NCBI GenBank assembly: GCA_963749495.1
Contig: CAVVMW010000012.1
Coordinates: 384,001 to 448,000 of the forward strand
Direction: 5' to 3'
Length of the DNA stretch: 64,000 bases
Origin: an uncultured bacterium
Lineage (GTDB): Bacteria; Verrucomicrobiota; Verrucomicrobiia; Limisphaerales; UBA8199
Below the pieces are notes generated by a model. It searched no databases. It saw nothing but the letters and a program-made list of their open reading frames with translations, and was not told the origin of the DNA. Below are positions 30,836-38,913 of this stretch, piece by piece. The translations under genes and the position numbers were made by a program. The stretch's first letter is position 1. The number at the start of each line of letters is the position of its first letter.

Positions 30836-31023
30836 GTCCCGGAGGGACGTATGATAATAGCCCAACGTTTCAACGTTGGGTTTAGCCATACAAGGGCCAA
30901 CAAGTCCCGAAGGGACGGCTGACAGCGCCCAACCTTTCGGCCGTCCCTTCGGGACTCGTGACGGCTTAGACGCTCCTACCCAACGTTGAAACGTTGGGCT
31001 ATTCTCGCATGTCCCTCCGGGAC
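30836..31023. repeat. About 190-bp composite palindromic element, copy 1
   Basis: GTCCCGGAGGGAC...AATAGCCCAACGTTTCAACGTTGGG...GTCCCGAAGGGACGGCTGA, mirrored in the second half. Confidence 0.85.
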
Positions 31024-31315
31024 AGGCACATGGCCCGGACGCGCGTCTGGGTTCGTCGCCCAATCCCGACGGCATCCCCCAAGCATGTCCGCGCTCCAAT
31101 AGCCAGGTCCGCCGCGCGGACGCGCTCGTCCGCCCTCTTTCGCGCTCGCCTGAGCAATTACGCAGCAGCACTGTTATCAACCGGGGTTCGGCGGGTGGCG
31201 TCTGCCCGGAGGCGCACCACACCGCGCTCCGGCAGTATGACGACGCGAGCGTTGGGTGTCGAGTCCAATGCCGCCCCACCAAAACAGGCGACAGGTGAAT
31301 CCTGTCTCACACCCC

Positions 31316-31354
31316 CAAAAAGAAACCATCATGCGGTGTGAAGCCGCATGATGG
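31316..31354 (-). terminator. Rho-independent terminator
   Basis: CCATCATGCGG/CCGCATGATGG stem followed by TTTCTTTTT on the minus strand. Confidence 0.7.
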
Positions 31355-31406
31355 CTCTTACCTATCGGGCCAGCCAGTCGCCAAGCCAATCGCCCGGGAA
31401 CACGGA

Positions 31407-31877
31407 TTATGGGCGAGGCTTGCCGTGGCCCGAAGTCGGGGGGCCGCCGGCGCCGGGAGCATTGCCGGGGCCGAAATTGCCGCCAAAGCGCGAGCGCATG
31501 TCCAAGGCCTGGTCCCTGGCCTGCTGGGTCATATCCCTCAATTGGCCCTGCAATTGGTCGCGCAGTTGGGACAACTGCTGAAGCACCTGCTGACGCTGGG
31601 CGTCGTTGGCGCCTTGGAGGCTGTTCATCAGTTGCTTGCTCTCCTGTTGGAACTGCTGGATCAGGCTTTGCACGTCCTTGGGCAGGTCGGATGCAGCATT
31701 TTTTCCGTGAGGAATGACGCCTTGAGTTTTTTTCTTCCCCCGCACAGCCGGCAGATTGGTCAAACTGCTCGTGTTGGTCCACCAGCCTGGTCCAGGCATT
31801 TGGGCGCTGACCGGGGAGGGGACCTGCGTAAGGGCAAATCCCATCGAGCAGACTAACAGGATGATGTTTCTTCTCAT
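31407..31877 (-). CDS. Small secreted Gln-rich helical protein
   Basis: MRRNIILLVCSMGFAL...VSAQ signal peptide; coiled-coil-like body; downstream of a sigma54 promoter. Confidence 0.75.
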   Translation of the reverse strand: MRRNIILLVCSMGFALTQVPSPVSAQMPGPGWWTNTSSLTNLPAVRGKKKTQGVIPHGKNAASDLPKDVQSLIQQFQQESKQLMNSLQGANDAQRQQVLQQLSQLRDQLQGQLRDMTQQARDQALDMRSRFGGNFGPGNAPGAGGPPTSGHGKPRP

Positions 31878-31948
31878 AATCGCCACTTTTGGCCTTCGGA
31901 TTAACTGCTCAAATGCCCCATCCCCACCCTCTGCAATCCAGGCATAAA

Positions 31949-31964
31949 GCACAGCGGGTGCCAA
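31949..31964 (-). promoter_or_regulatory. Sigma54 -24/-12 promoter
   Basis: Minus strand TTGGCACCCGCTGTGC. Confidence 0.75.
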
Positions 31965-32046
31965 CATCTAGTGAAACACGCAAGACATTTAACCACAAGC
32001 ATCTACAAAAGCATGCCCAAACTGTCTCCGCGCCCTCGAGCCGGAT

Positions 32047-32086
32047 TTGGGCAATGATTCCCAACCACGTTGGGAACCAATCCCCA
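32047..32086. promoter_or_regulatory. Tandem palindromic enhancer (TGGG-N8-CCCA twice)
   Basis: TTGGGCAATGATTCCCAA and TGGGAACCAATCCCCA about 85 bp upstream of the sigma54 site. Confidence 0.65.
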
Positions 32087-32100
32087 CCTCGGGGGGGATG

Positions 32101-33507
32101 TCAGGCTCCGGGCAGGTCTTCAGATTGTTTCTGCCTCAAGCGATAGCGGACGAAGTCCCTGGGCATGCCAAGCAACCGGGCGGCGGCGGAGACATTGCCT
32201 TGCGCCTGGGTCAAAGCCAGGTTGACCAGGCAATCGATGGCATCGTCCAACGAGAAACCGTGCTCGGGAAAGCAAAAGGACGGGTTGAGCCAGGCGGATT
32301 GCTGGCCTTCTCCGCTGCCCGGATGGCCGGGGACCAGGTGAGGGAACTGAAGTTCCGGCGCGTCCTCAAAGACGATGGCCCGCTCCAACTCGTGGGCCAG
32401 TTCGCGCACGTTTCCCGGCCAGGCAGACTCGATGAGACGGTTCTGTCCGAGCGGGGAGATGCTCCTGGGGCCCTGGCCGTGCTTTTGGCTGAGCCGGAGC
32501 AGGAGGACCTCGGCCAGCTTGAGGATGTCCCCGCCTCGCTCGCGCAACGGCGGCAGGACGATGCGGAAGAGGTCCAGGCGATGGAAGAGGTCCTCGCGAA
32601 AGCGGCCCTCGGCGGCGAGCTCTCTCAAGTCGCGGTTGGTGGCGGCAACCAGGCGCACGTCCACAGGCAGGGTGTGGGTGGCCCCGACGCGCCGGATTTT
32701 GTGGTCTTCGATGGCCGTAAGGACCTTGGCCTGGATGGGCATCGAGAGGCTGGGCAACTCGTCGAGCAGGAGCGTGCCGCCGCTGGCCGCCTCGAAGAGG
32801 CCCATGCGGGCGCGCCGGGCGTCGGTGAACGCCCCTGCTTCGTGGCCGAACAGTTCGGACTCGGCCAGGCTCTCCGGCAAGGCGGAGCAGTTGACCTCGA
32901 TCAGTTCCTTGCCGCCACGCGGGCCGTGCCGGTGCAGCCAGCGGGCCACGGCGGTCTTGCCCGTGCCGGTCTCACCCTGGATGAGAACGGGCGGCAACGG
33001 CCCCTGCGTCCGCTCGTCCACCGCCAGAATCCGCTTGAGCTGCTCTTGCAGGCCCGCCAGCGAAGGGCTGAAGAAAAAGTCGTCGGCCGGGTCCCCCTCG
33101 CGGCGGTGCCGCTCGGCCCGCGCGGACTGCCGGAGGTTGCGCGCCCGCTCGATGACCAGCGCCAACTGCTCCGCCTCGAACGGTTTGAGCAGGTAATCCA
33201 GCGCCCCCAAACGCATCGCCTCGACCGCGCCCCCCACCCCGCCATGCGCCGTGAGGATCACCACGCCCGTGTCCGGCGAAAAGGCCCTCTCCTTGAGCAG
33301 CTCCGTGCCCTGGCCGTCGGGCAGGTTCACGTCCAGCAGGGCGAAATCGAAACCGCCGGCCGCCAGCAGTTTGCGCGCCGCCCGCAAGTCTTCCGCCAAA
33401 GCGATTTCGGCGCCCAGCTTCTCCAACTGCGCCCCCAGCCGCCGCCGCAGCATCGGCTCATCCTCCACCAGCAGAATCCTCAGACCCGTTAGATCGGAAT
33501 TGGACAT
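32101..33507 (-). CDS. Sigma54-dependent response regulator
   Basis: Receiver domain, GETGTGKT, ESELFGHEAGAFTDA, WPGNVREL, Fis-type HTH. Confidence 0.95.
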   Translation of the reverse strand: MSNSDLTGLRILLVEDEPMLRRRLGAQLEKLGAEIALAEDLRAARKLLAAGGFDFALLDVNLPDGQGTELLKERAFSPDTGVVILTAHGGVGGAVEAMRLGALDYLLKPFEAEQLALVIERARNLRQSARAERHRREGDPADDFFFSPSLAGLQEQLKRILAVDERTQGPLPPVLIQGETGTGKTAVARWLHRHGPRGGKELIEVNCSALPESLAESELFGHEAGAFTDARRARMGLFEAASGGTLLLDELPSLSMPIQAKVLTAIEDHKIRRVGATHTLPVDVRLVAATNRDLRELAAEGRFREDLFHRLDLFRIVLPPLRERGGDILKLAEVLLLRLSQKHGQGPRSISPLGQNRLIESAWPGNVRELAHELERAIVFEDAPELQFPHLVPGHPGSGEGQQSAWLNPSFCFPEHGFSLDDAIDCLVNLALTQAQGNVSAAARLLGMPRDFVRYRLRQKQSEDLPGA

Positions 33508-33510
33508 TGA

Positions 33511-34985
33511 TCAGTGGCCGCCGGCAGCGCTCACCGCGTGCAGCGACTGGGCCTTGCTCAGCTTGGGCCAGCAGAAGCCGTAGAGCGAGATCAGAACGAA
33601 GCAGAACATCGGCACGATGAAGCCGCGCGACATGTCGGTCTTGTCGGCGACGTAACCCATCAATTTGGGCAGGATGGCGCCGCCCATGATGGCCATGACA
33701 ATAAAGCCGGAGGCCTTCTTGGTCTTGGCGCCCAGCCCGAAGATGCCAAGGGCGAAAATCGTGGGGAACATGATGGACATGAAGAAATAGCTCAGGAACA
33801 CGCACGCCACCGAGAACCAGCCCAGCTTGCAGAAGACCAGGAACGTGATGAGCACATTGAGCAAGGCGTAAAGGCCGACGATCTTATGGGCCGAGAACCG
33901 CCTGAGGATTGCCGCGCCGCTGAATCGGCCCGCCAGGAAGCAGAAAAAGGCGACCGAGGCCAGGTTGGCCGCGCCTTTGTTGCTGATGGCCACAGCGCCG
34001 GAGCTGGCAGTCAGGAACCAACCGGAGAGCCAGCCCCGCAGAAAGCCGGCGTGAGCGGCCACGCTGCTCACCGCGTGCTGCAGGGAGGCGGGGATGGGCG
34101 GAACCTCGGCGGTCATGTAGTTGATGAAGAAGCTGAAGATGCCCGCCTGGGCGGCGACGTAGAAGAACTGCGCGGCGACCGCCAGCACAAAGTGCGGGTG
34201 GCTCATCAGGGAGCGCGAGTCCCCAGGCGTGGCAGCTTCGATGCGGGCGTCGTCCTCGGCCTGGATATCAGGCACATAAGAAAAGAAGAAGACGGCAGCC
34301 AGAACCAGGACGACAACGGCAATGCCGACATAAGGGATCCAGAGCGTTTGGCTGCCCGTGCTGTGACCTGCGGCGTCGGTCGAGTAGATGAAGACGCTGC
34401 CGATGATCGGCCCCAGGGGCCAACCGACGCCGTTGAAGGACTGGGCCAGGTTGATGCGGGTGGCACGGTAACGCGGGTCGCCCAGGACGGTCGTGTAAGG
34501 GTTGGCCACCGTCTCCAGGAAGGTGAGGCCGGCGGCGATGGCGCACACGCCCACCAGGTAGCCAACGAAGGCGGTCGCCGCGGAGACTTGGCCGGCAGCG
34601 GCCAGCCCCTGGATATGCGTGGCCGGGATGAACCAAAAGCCGCCCAGCGAGACCATCAACAGACCTGTGATGATGCCGCCTTTGTACGCCAGCCGGGTCG
34701 CCACCATCCGGCCGGCAACGCCATCAAGAAATAGCCCAGGTAGTGCGCGAACTGCACCCAGGCCGATTGGGCCTTGTTCAGCCCCAACTCGTCCTGGAAA
34801 TGCTTGTCCATGATATCAATCATCCCGTTGCAGACCCCCCACAGGAGGAACAACGAACTGACCAGGAAGAACGTGAATGCCACGCTCCTGCCATCCGGCA
34901 GGATAAACAGGCCCTTCTTGACTGGACTTGCGGAAGCAGGGCCTTCTCCGAGTCCGGCTGCGGGATTACTCTTTTCTATGCTCAT
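33511..34985 (-). CDS. FucP-like sugar:H+ symporter (MFS), frameshift near 34705
   Basis: ORFs 34656-35006 and 33511-34707 join; SLFLLWG, LETVANPY, RINLAQSFNG and SIMFPTIF motifs. Confidence 0.9.
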
Positions 34986-34993
34986 GCTAACGC

Positions 34994-35021
34994 GTTCACG
35001 TTTCACGTTTCACGTTTCACG
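34994..35021. repeat. (TTTCACG)n heptamer array
   Basis: About four copies. Confidence 0.85.
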
Positions 35022-35071
35022 GCCCGGTGCCCGGCCGCTTTGAAATTAATCCTGTCTTTGCTCATGCGAGG

Positions 35072-36295
35072 TCACTGCTTGTTGAGCCCGGCCTTGATGT
35101 CGGCCAGGGAGACGCCCAGGACCGCGCGGGCCACGGTGTCCAGGGCGGGCTCCGGCCCGCTCAGGTGGAGGGTGCGGTGGACGTGCGAGAGGCTCTTGCC
35201 CGGGGCCAGGTGCGCGGCCGGGGAAGATGATTCCAGTTCCAAGAACGGGCCCATCGGTTTGGCCCCGGGAGCGGGCGGCCCGTCGTTGTAGCTGTTGGCG
35301 GCGTCGCCGCCGTAGGGATTGTCCTGGAGCTTCCACAGCGAGTTCACATAGTCGGTGGCCCCGGCAGGCAGGGTGAACTGGACGATGGTCAGGACCCGGT
35401 TATCGGCGTCGTAACTGCCCAGCACGGCCTTGCTGCGCCTGGGGTTGATGCCGATCTTGCTGCGGAACTTGCCGTCGCCGCTGAAGTAAATGACATCGTC
35501 CTTGACCACCAGCCGCTCGGGCGGGACGCTGCCGAAGTAATCCGAGGTGACCTTGACCCCAAGCTCGGATTCCGGCCCGGGTTTGATGGGCACGACAATG
35601 GTGGTCGAGGGCGAGGGCGTGTACATGCCGAGAATCCAGATCGAGAGCAGGCCGGTCTGCTTCTCCCAGGCGTTTTTGCCTGTGTTGGTGATCTTGTTGT
35701 GGGTCTCGAAGGCAACAAGGCTCACCTGGGCGGAGGGGGGCACGCCCAGCCGTTTCCAGGCGGTGGCGCTGTCCAGCAGGCGCACCTGGCGGTCAACCGC
35801 TACGTCGAAAAGTGTGCCGGAGTAATTGGTGAGCGTGAACTGGGCGCCAAACGTGGCCTGGTCCCGCGACAGGCGCACGACTTTGTAGGGCATCGTATCG
35901 ATGGCGGCGGGCGTCTGCCAATCCGCCAACTCGAACTTGGCGCCCTTGGCGAAGAAGATCGAAAACTGGCCGCCCTCCGGGCCGAGCCAGAGGCGGTCCT
36001 CGCCGCCAAAGACGTTGATGTGGGGCGTGAGTTTGCCCGAGGCAATGAGTTCGCGGTTGATCCAGCCGAAGCTCAAGCCGGCATCATCGCCGGCGGTGCT
36101 GGTCATGACGCGCCCCTGCCAGGCCGGGGCCAGGGCCACCTTGGCCCGGCCCGATTTGTCGCTCAACTCGAGCACCTCGGTATGGTTCTTGAGAAACGCG
36201 GCGTCGTCGCCAAAAGTGGCGCCGGCGGCGCGGGGCGCGATTGCTGCAGTGGCAGTCATAACAACGAGTGTAGCTGCGACCGGCTTGCATTTCAT
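35072..36295 (-). CDS. Secreted protein, DUF6786-like
   Basis: QGRVMTST, SFGWIN and FGGEDRLWLGPEGGQFSIFF motifs as recalled for DUF6786. Confidence 0.75.
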   Translation of the reverse strand: MKCKPVAATLVVMTATAAIAPRAAGATFGDDAAFLKNHTEVLELSDKSGRAKVALAPAWQGRVMTSTAGDDAGLSFGWINRELIASGKLTPHINVFGGEDRLWLGPEGGQFSIFFAKGAKFELADWQTPAAIDTMPYKVVRLSRDQATFGAQFTLTNYSGTLFDVAVDRQVRLLDSATAWKRLGVPPSAQVSLVAFETHNKITNTGKNAWEKQTGLLSIWILGMYTPSPSTTIVVPIKPGPESELGVKVTSDYFGSVPPERLVVKDDVIYFSGDGKFRSKIGINPRRSKAVLGSYDADNRVLTIVQFTLPAGATDYVNSLWKLQDNPYGGDAANSYNDGPPAPGAKPMGPFLELESSSPAAHLAPGKSLSHVHRTLHLSGPEPALDTVARAVLGVSLADIKAGLNKQ

Positions 36296-36351
36296 GGCTT
36301 GCAGGCTACCGGGCGCGGGCCGGGAGTGTCAAGGAATTGAACGGCAGGCGA

Positions 36352-36402
36352 AGCTAAAGGCTAAAGGCTAAAGGCTGAAGGCTAAAGTGCAGAGGCCAAA
36401 GG
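36352..36402. repeat. (GGCTAAA)n heptamer array
   Basis: Degenerate tandem copies. Confidence 0.8.
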
Positions 36403-36406
36403 TGCA

Positions 36407-36579
36407 GGGCGCATCCTGACACTGACCCCGGAGTGCGCCCGTCCACGGGCGCAGCAGCGCAGGAGCGGGCGGGCGCACCAGAGTTTTTGACCGCTGCCCT
36501 GGCTCCCGAGGTCGCTGCGCCCGAGGACGGGCGCACTCCGGCCCGGTCCCCGGCTGTGGGGGAGTGTCGGGATGCGCCT
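36407..36579. mobile_element. MITE-like element with GGGCGCATCCYGACAC terminal inverted repeats, cargo type A
   Basis: GGGCGCATCCTGACAC...GTGTCGGGATGCGCC; internal GGAGTGCGCCCGTCC...GGACGGGCGCACTCC. Confidence 0.75.
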
Positions 36580-36600
36580 CTAAGGGTGCATGACCGCGCG

Positions 36601-36800
36601 GTTTTCAGGCGTCGCTACGCAACGCGCGCGAGATTGGGCCACGGGTCCGTGGACTGAAAGTCCACGGCTGCCATCGGCCACCGCTACGCGGTGAACCGGA
36701 CGCAGCGCGCGTCGCGGAGCGACGCAGTGAAGGTAGCCGTGGACCTCGGTCCACGGTTCGCGGCGTGGGAATGCCGGCGCGTCGCGTAGCGACGCCTGAC
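36601..36800. repeat. REP doublet (GCGTCGCTACGC family)
   Basis: TCAGGCGTCGCTACGC...CCGTGGAC..GTCCACGG twice...GCGTAGCGACGCCTGA. Confidence 0.75.
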
Positions 36801-36890
36801 AGCTTCGCGCTTTTCAGGCGTCGCTACGAAGGTGGGAAACAATACCAAAATGGACAACATCCCCGAAAACATCCCTCTGTTTCTTAGGTC

Positions 36891-38438
36891 TCATTTGCTT
36901 TTCTGCAGCGAGCGCAGGTCCACAGAGGGTGGGCGGCTGTAGGCTGGTGTGCGCACGACCAGGGCGTCGAAACCGAGGAAATAACCTTTGGACTCAGGAG
37001 ACTTGCCGGCGCAATCGAAACGGAGCGTGTGGGTGCCTGCGGCAAGGTGGCGCAGTCCCCACTTGTGCTCGACGGGCGTGACGTTGGGGTTGTAGAGGTC
37101 CTCCTGGGCGATCTGGGCGCCGTCGAGCTTGATGCGATAAATCCCATAGTCCCAGGAATGGACCATCCTGCCCAGGAGTTGAAGGTCCTGGTCCTTGGAG
37201 GTTCGGAAGGAGACTTCGACCCAGGCCTGGCCGGTTCCGGGCTTGAACCAGAGCTGCTTGCCGTCGGTCACGCCGCCCAGCGACTGCACTTCGAGCGGGT
37301 GCTCGGAATGCTGGGCCCCGGCCACCGCTTCGTGGCCCTTGAGCAAGACCTGGTCGCGGAACGGGAGCCGCTCCGGGCCGGGCGGCAGCGCGGGCCACGG
37401 TTTGTGCGGCTCGATCTGATACCAGAACGCTACGCTGGACATCAGGTCGTCACGCTCGATAAACCCGCTGCCGGTGCCGTCGGGAAAGCTCTGCGAGCCT
37501 TTGTGCTCGATTTCCGCGCGCAGCGATTTTTGGAAGACCACCGGGTCGGGGATGTGCCAGCGGTAAGCCGTCCCGCGATCGCCCGTGTTGTAGCCCTCCC
37601 AGAGCGGAGTGCCGTAGAAGGGGCCGGACTGCTCGCGAAAACCCCAGCCGTCGCAAAAATAGTCCTCCGTGCCCGTGCCCCGCAGGCCCGGTTCCTTCTC
37701 GCCATCGATGAAAAAGAAGTCGTCCCCCTCGCCGTACCACCCGGGCGAGATCATATAAACGCTCTGGATGGTGCCCACGTAATGGCCGCGCCCCTCGATG
37801 TCCGCCAGAAGGTAGTTGCGCCCCATGACGCACGGGAATTCCTGGCGGTACATGGCGTGGAAATAGGCGGTCTTGCTGTCCAGGGAGGTGTGTTTCTGCC
37901 AGTCAATGTAGTAATAAAAGGCGTCACAACGCTTGTCGCTCTCGTTGGTGACGGTGATGCGGGCCGACTTGCGGAAGGGCATGGGCCAATAACAGTTGCG
38001 CCCGCGGCCATCCGAAGTGACCCGGACGGGCAGCGAGGCAAACGGTTTATCGATGCCATGGCCCATGCCGAAGAAGTCGCCCACGGGGCACTCGACACTG
38101 GGGTGCTCCTCGCCGTCCCAGTACATCCGCAGGGTCAACATCCGAGGATAGTAAGGGTCGCTGTGCGCGATGGTAAACCAGATGTGGACGATTCGGCCCG
38201 GTCCCTCCAGTTGCGCCAGGGTCAGCGTGCCGCCGGCCTCGATGGGCCGCGCGTCGGCGTTGCCGTTCCTCCAGTCGGGGTCCGAGGACGACGCGCGCAT
38301 CGTCTGGAAGTCCTTGAGCTGTTCGAGTCCGTCCAGGGGGTTGCCCGCAGCCAGTTGCGCCCGCGCCCCGGCCGCGCACAGGGCCAGCGCGCATGATACA
38401 ATGATAGGTCGTGGATTCATATTGGGCTTGAGGTTCAT
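36891..38438 (-). CDS. Glycoside hydrolase family 172 (DUF2961) protein
   Basis: GPGRIVHIWFT, PVGDFFG, YWPMPF, WYGEGD and GTGTEDYF motifs; signal peptide. Confidence 0.9.
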   Translation of the reverse strand: MNLKPNMNPRPIIVSCALALCAAGARAQLAAGNPLDGLEQLKDFQTMRASSSDPDWRNGNADARPIEAGGTLTLAQLEGPGRIVHIWFTIAHSDPYYPRMLTLRMYWDGEEHPSVECPVGDFFGMGHGIDKPFASLPVRVTSDGRGRNCYWPMPFRKSARITVTNESDKRCDAFYYYIDWQKHTSLDSKTAYFHAMYRQEFPCVMGRNYLLADIEGRGHYVGTIQSVYMISPGWYGEGDDFFFIDGEKEPGLRGTGTEDYFCDGWGFREQSGPFYGTPLWEGYNTGDRGTAYRWHIPDPVVFQKSLRAEIEHKGSQSFPDGTGSGFIERDDLMSSVAFWYQIEPHKPWPALPPGPERLPFRDQVLLKGHEAVAGAQHSEHPLEVQSLGGVTDGKQLWFKPGTGQAWVEVSFRTSKDQDLQLLGRMVHSWDYGIYRIKLDGAQIAQEDLYNPNVTPVEHKWGLRHLAAGTHTLRFDCAGKSPESKGYFLGFDALVVRTPAYSRPPSVDLRSLQKSK

Positions 38439-38522
38439 TAGTAACCAGAAACCGGATTGTGGAGCGCCGCCTGCCCAGTGTCCAGCGCGCAGTGGCAAGG
38501 GGCAGCAATTCTTTTGGGGCCT

Positions 38523-38576
38523 TGCCGCATAAATGCGGCGTTCCGGCGGGGTTCGGAACGCCGCATTTATGCGGCA
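38523..38576. repeat. Perfect REP-like palindrome
   Basis: GCCGCATAAATGCGGCGTTCCG...CGGAACGCCGCATTTATGCGGC. Confidence 0.85.
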
Positions 38577-38677
38577 GCGGGGCGCCGAAGCGAGAATGGC
38601 CAGGCTTCGAAAGCCAAAAGAATTGCTGGGCAAGGGGGGTGCGATTAAAGGCGTCGGGCATGGGCCTCAGGAGTTTT

Positions 38678-38862
38678 GTCCCGGAGGGACATCCGACAAT
38701 AGCCCGGCGTTTCAACGCCGGGGAGGCCGCAAGAGAGACCCTCGTCCCGAAGGGACGGCTGAAAACACTCCTTGCTTTCAGCCGTCCCTTCGGGACTTAT
38801 CCTCTCGCGCGGCCCCACCCGGCGTTGAAACGCCGGGCCATTGTCAGAAGCCCCTTCGGGGC
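38678..38862. repeat. About 190-bp composite palindromic element, copy 2
   Basis: Same architecture as 30836-31023. Confidence 0.85.
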
Positions 38863-38913
38863 AAAAAGGCGCCGTGGGCTGACCGACAGTTTTTATCGCA
38901 CCCGTGACAGGGT

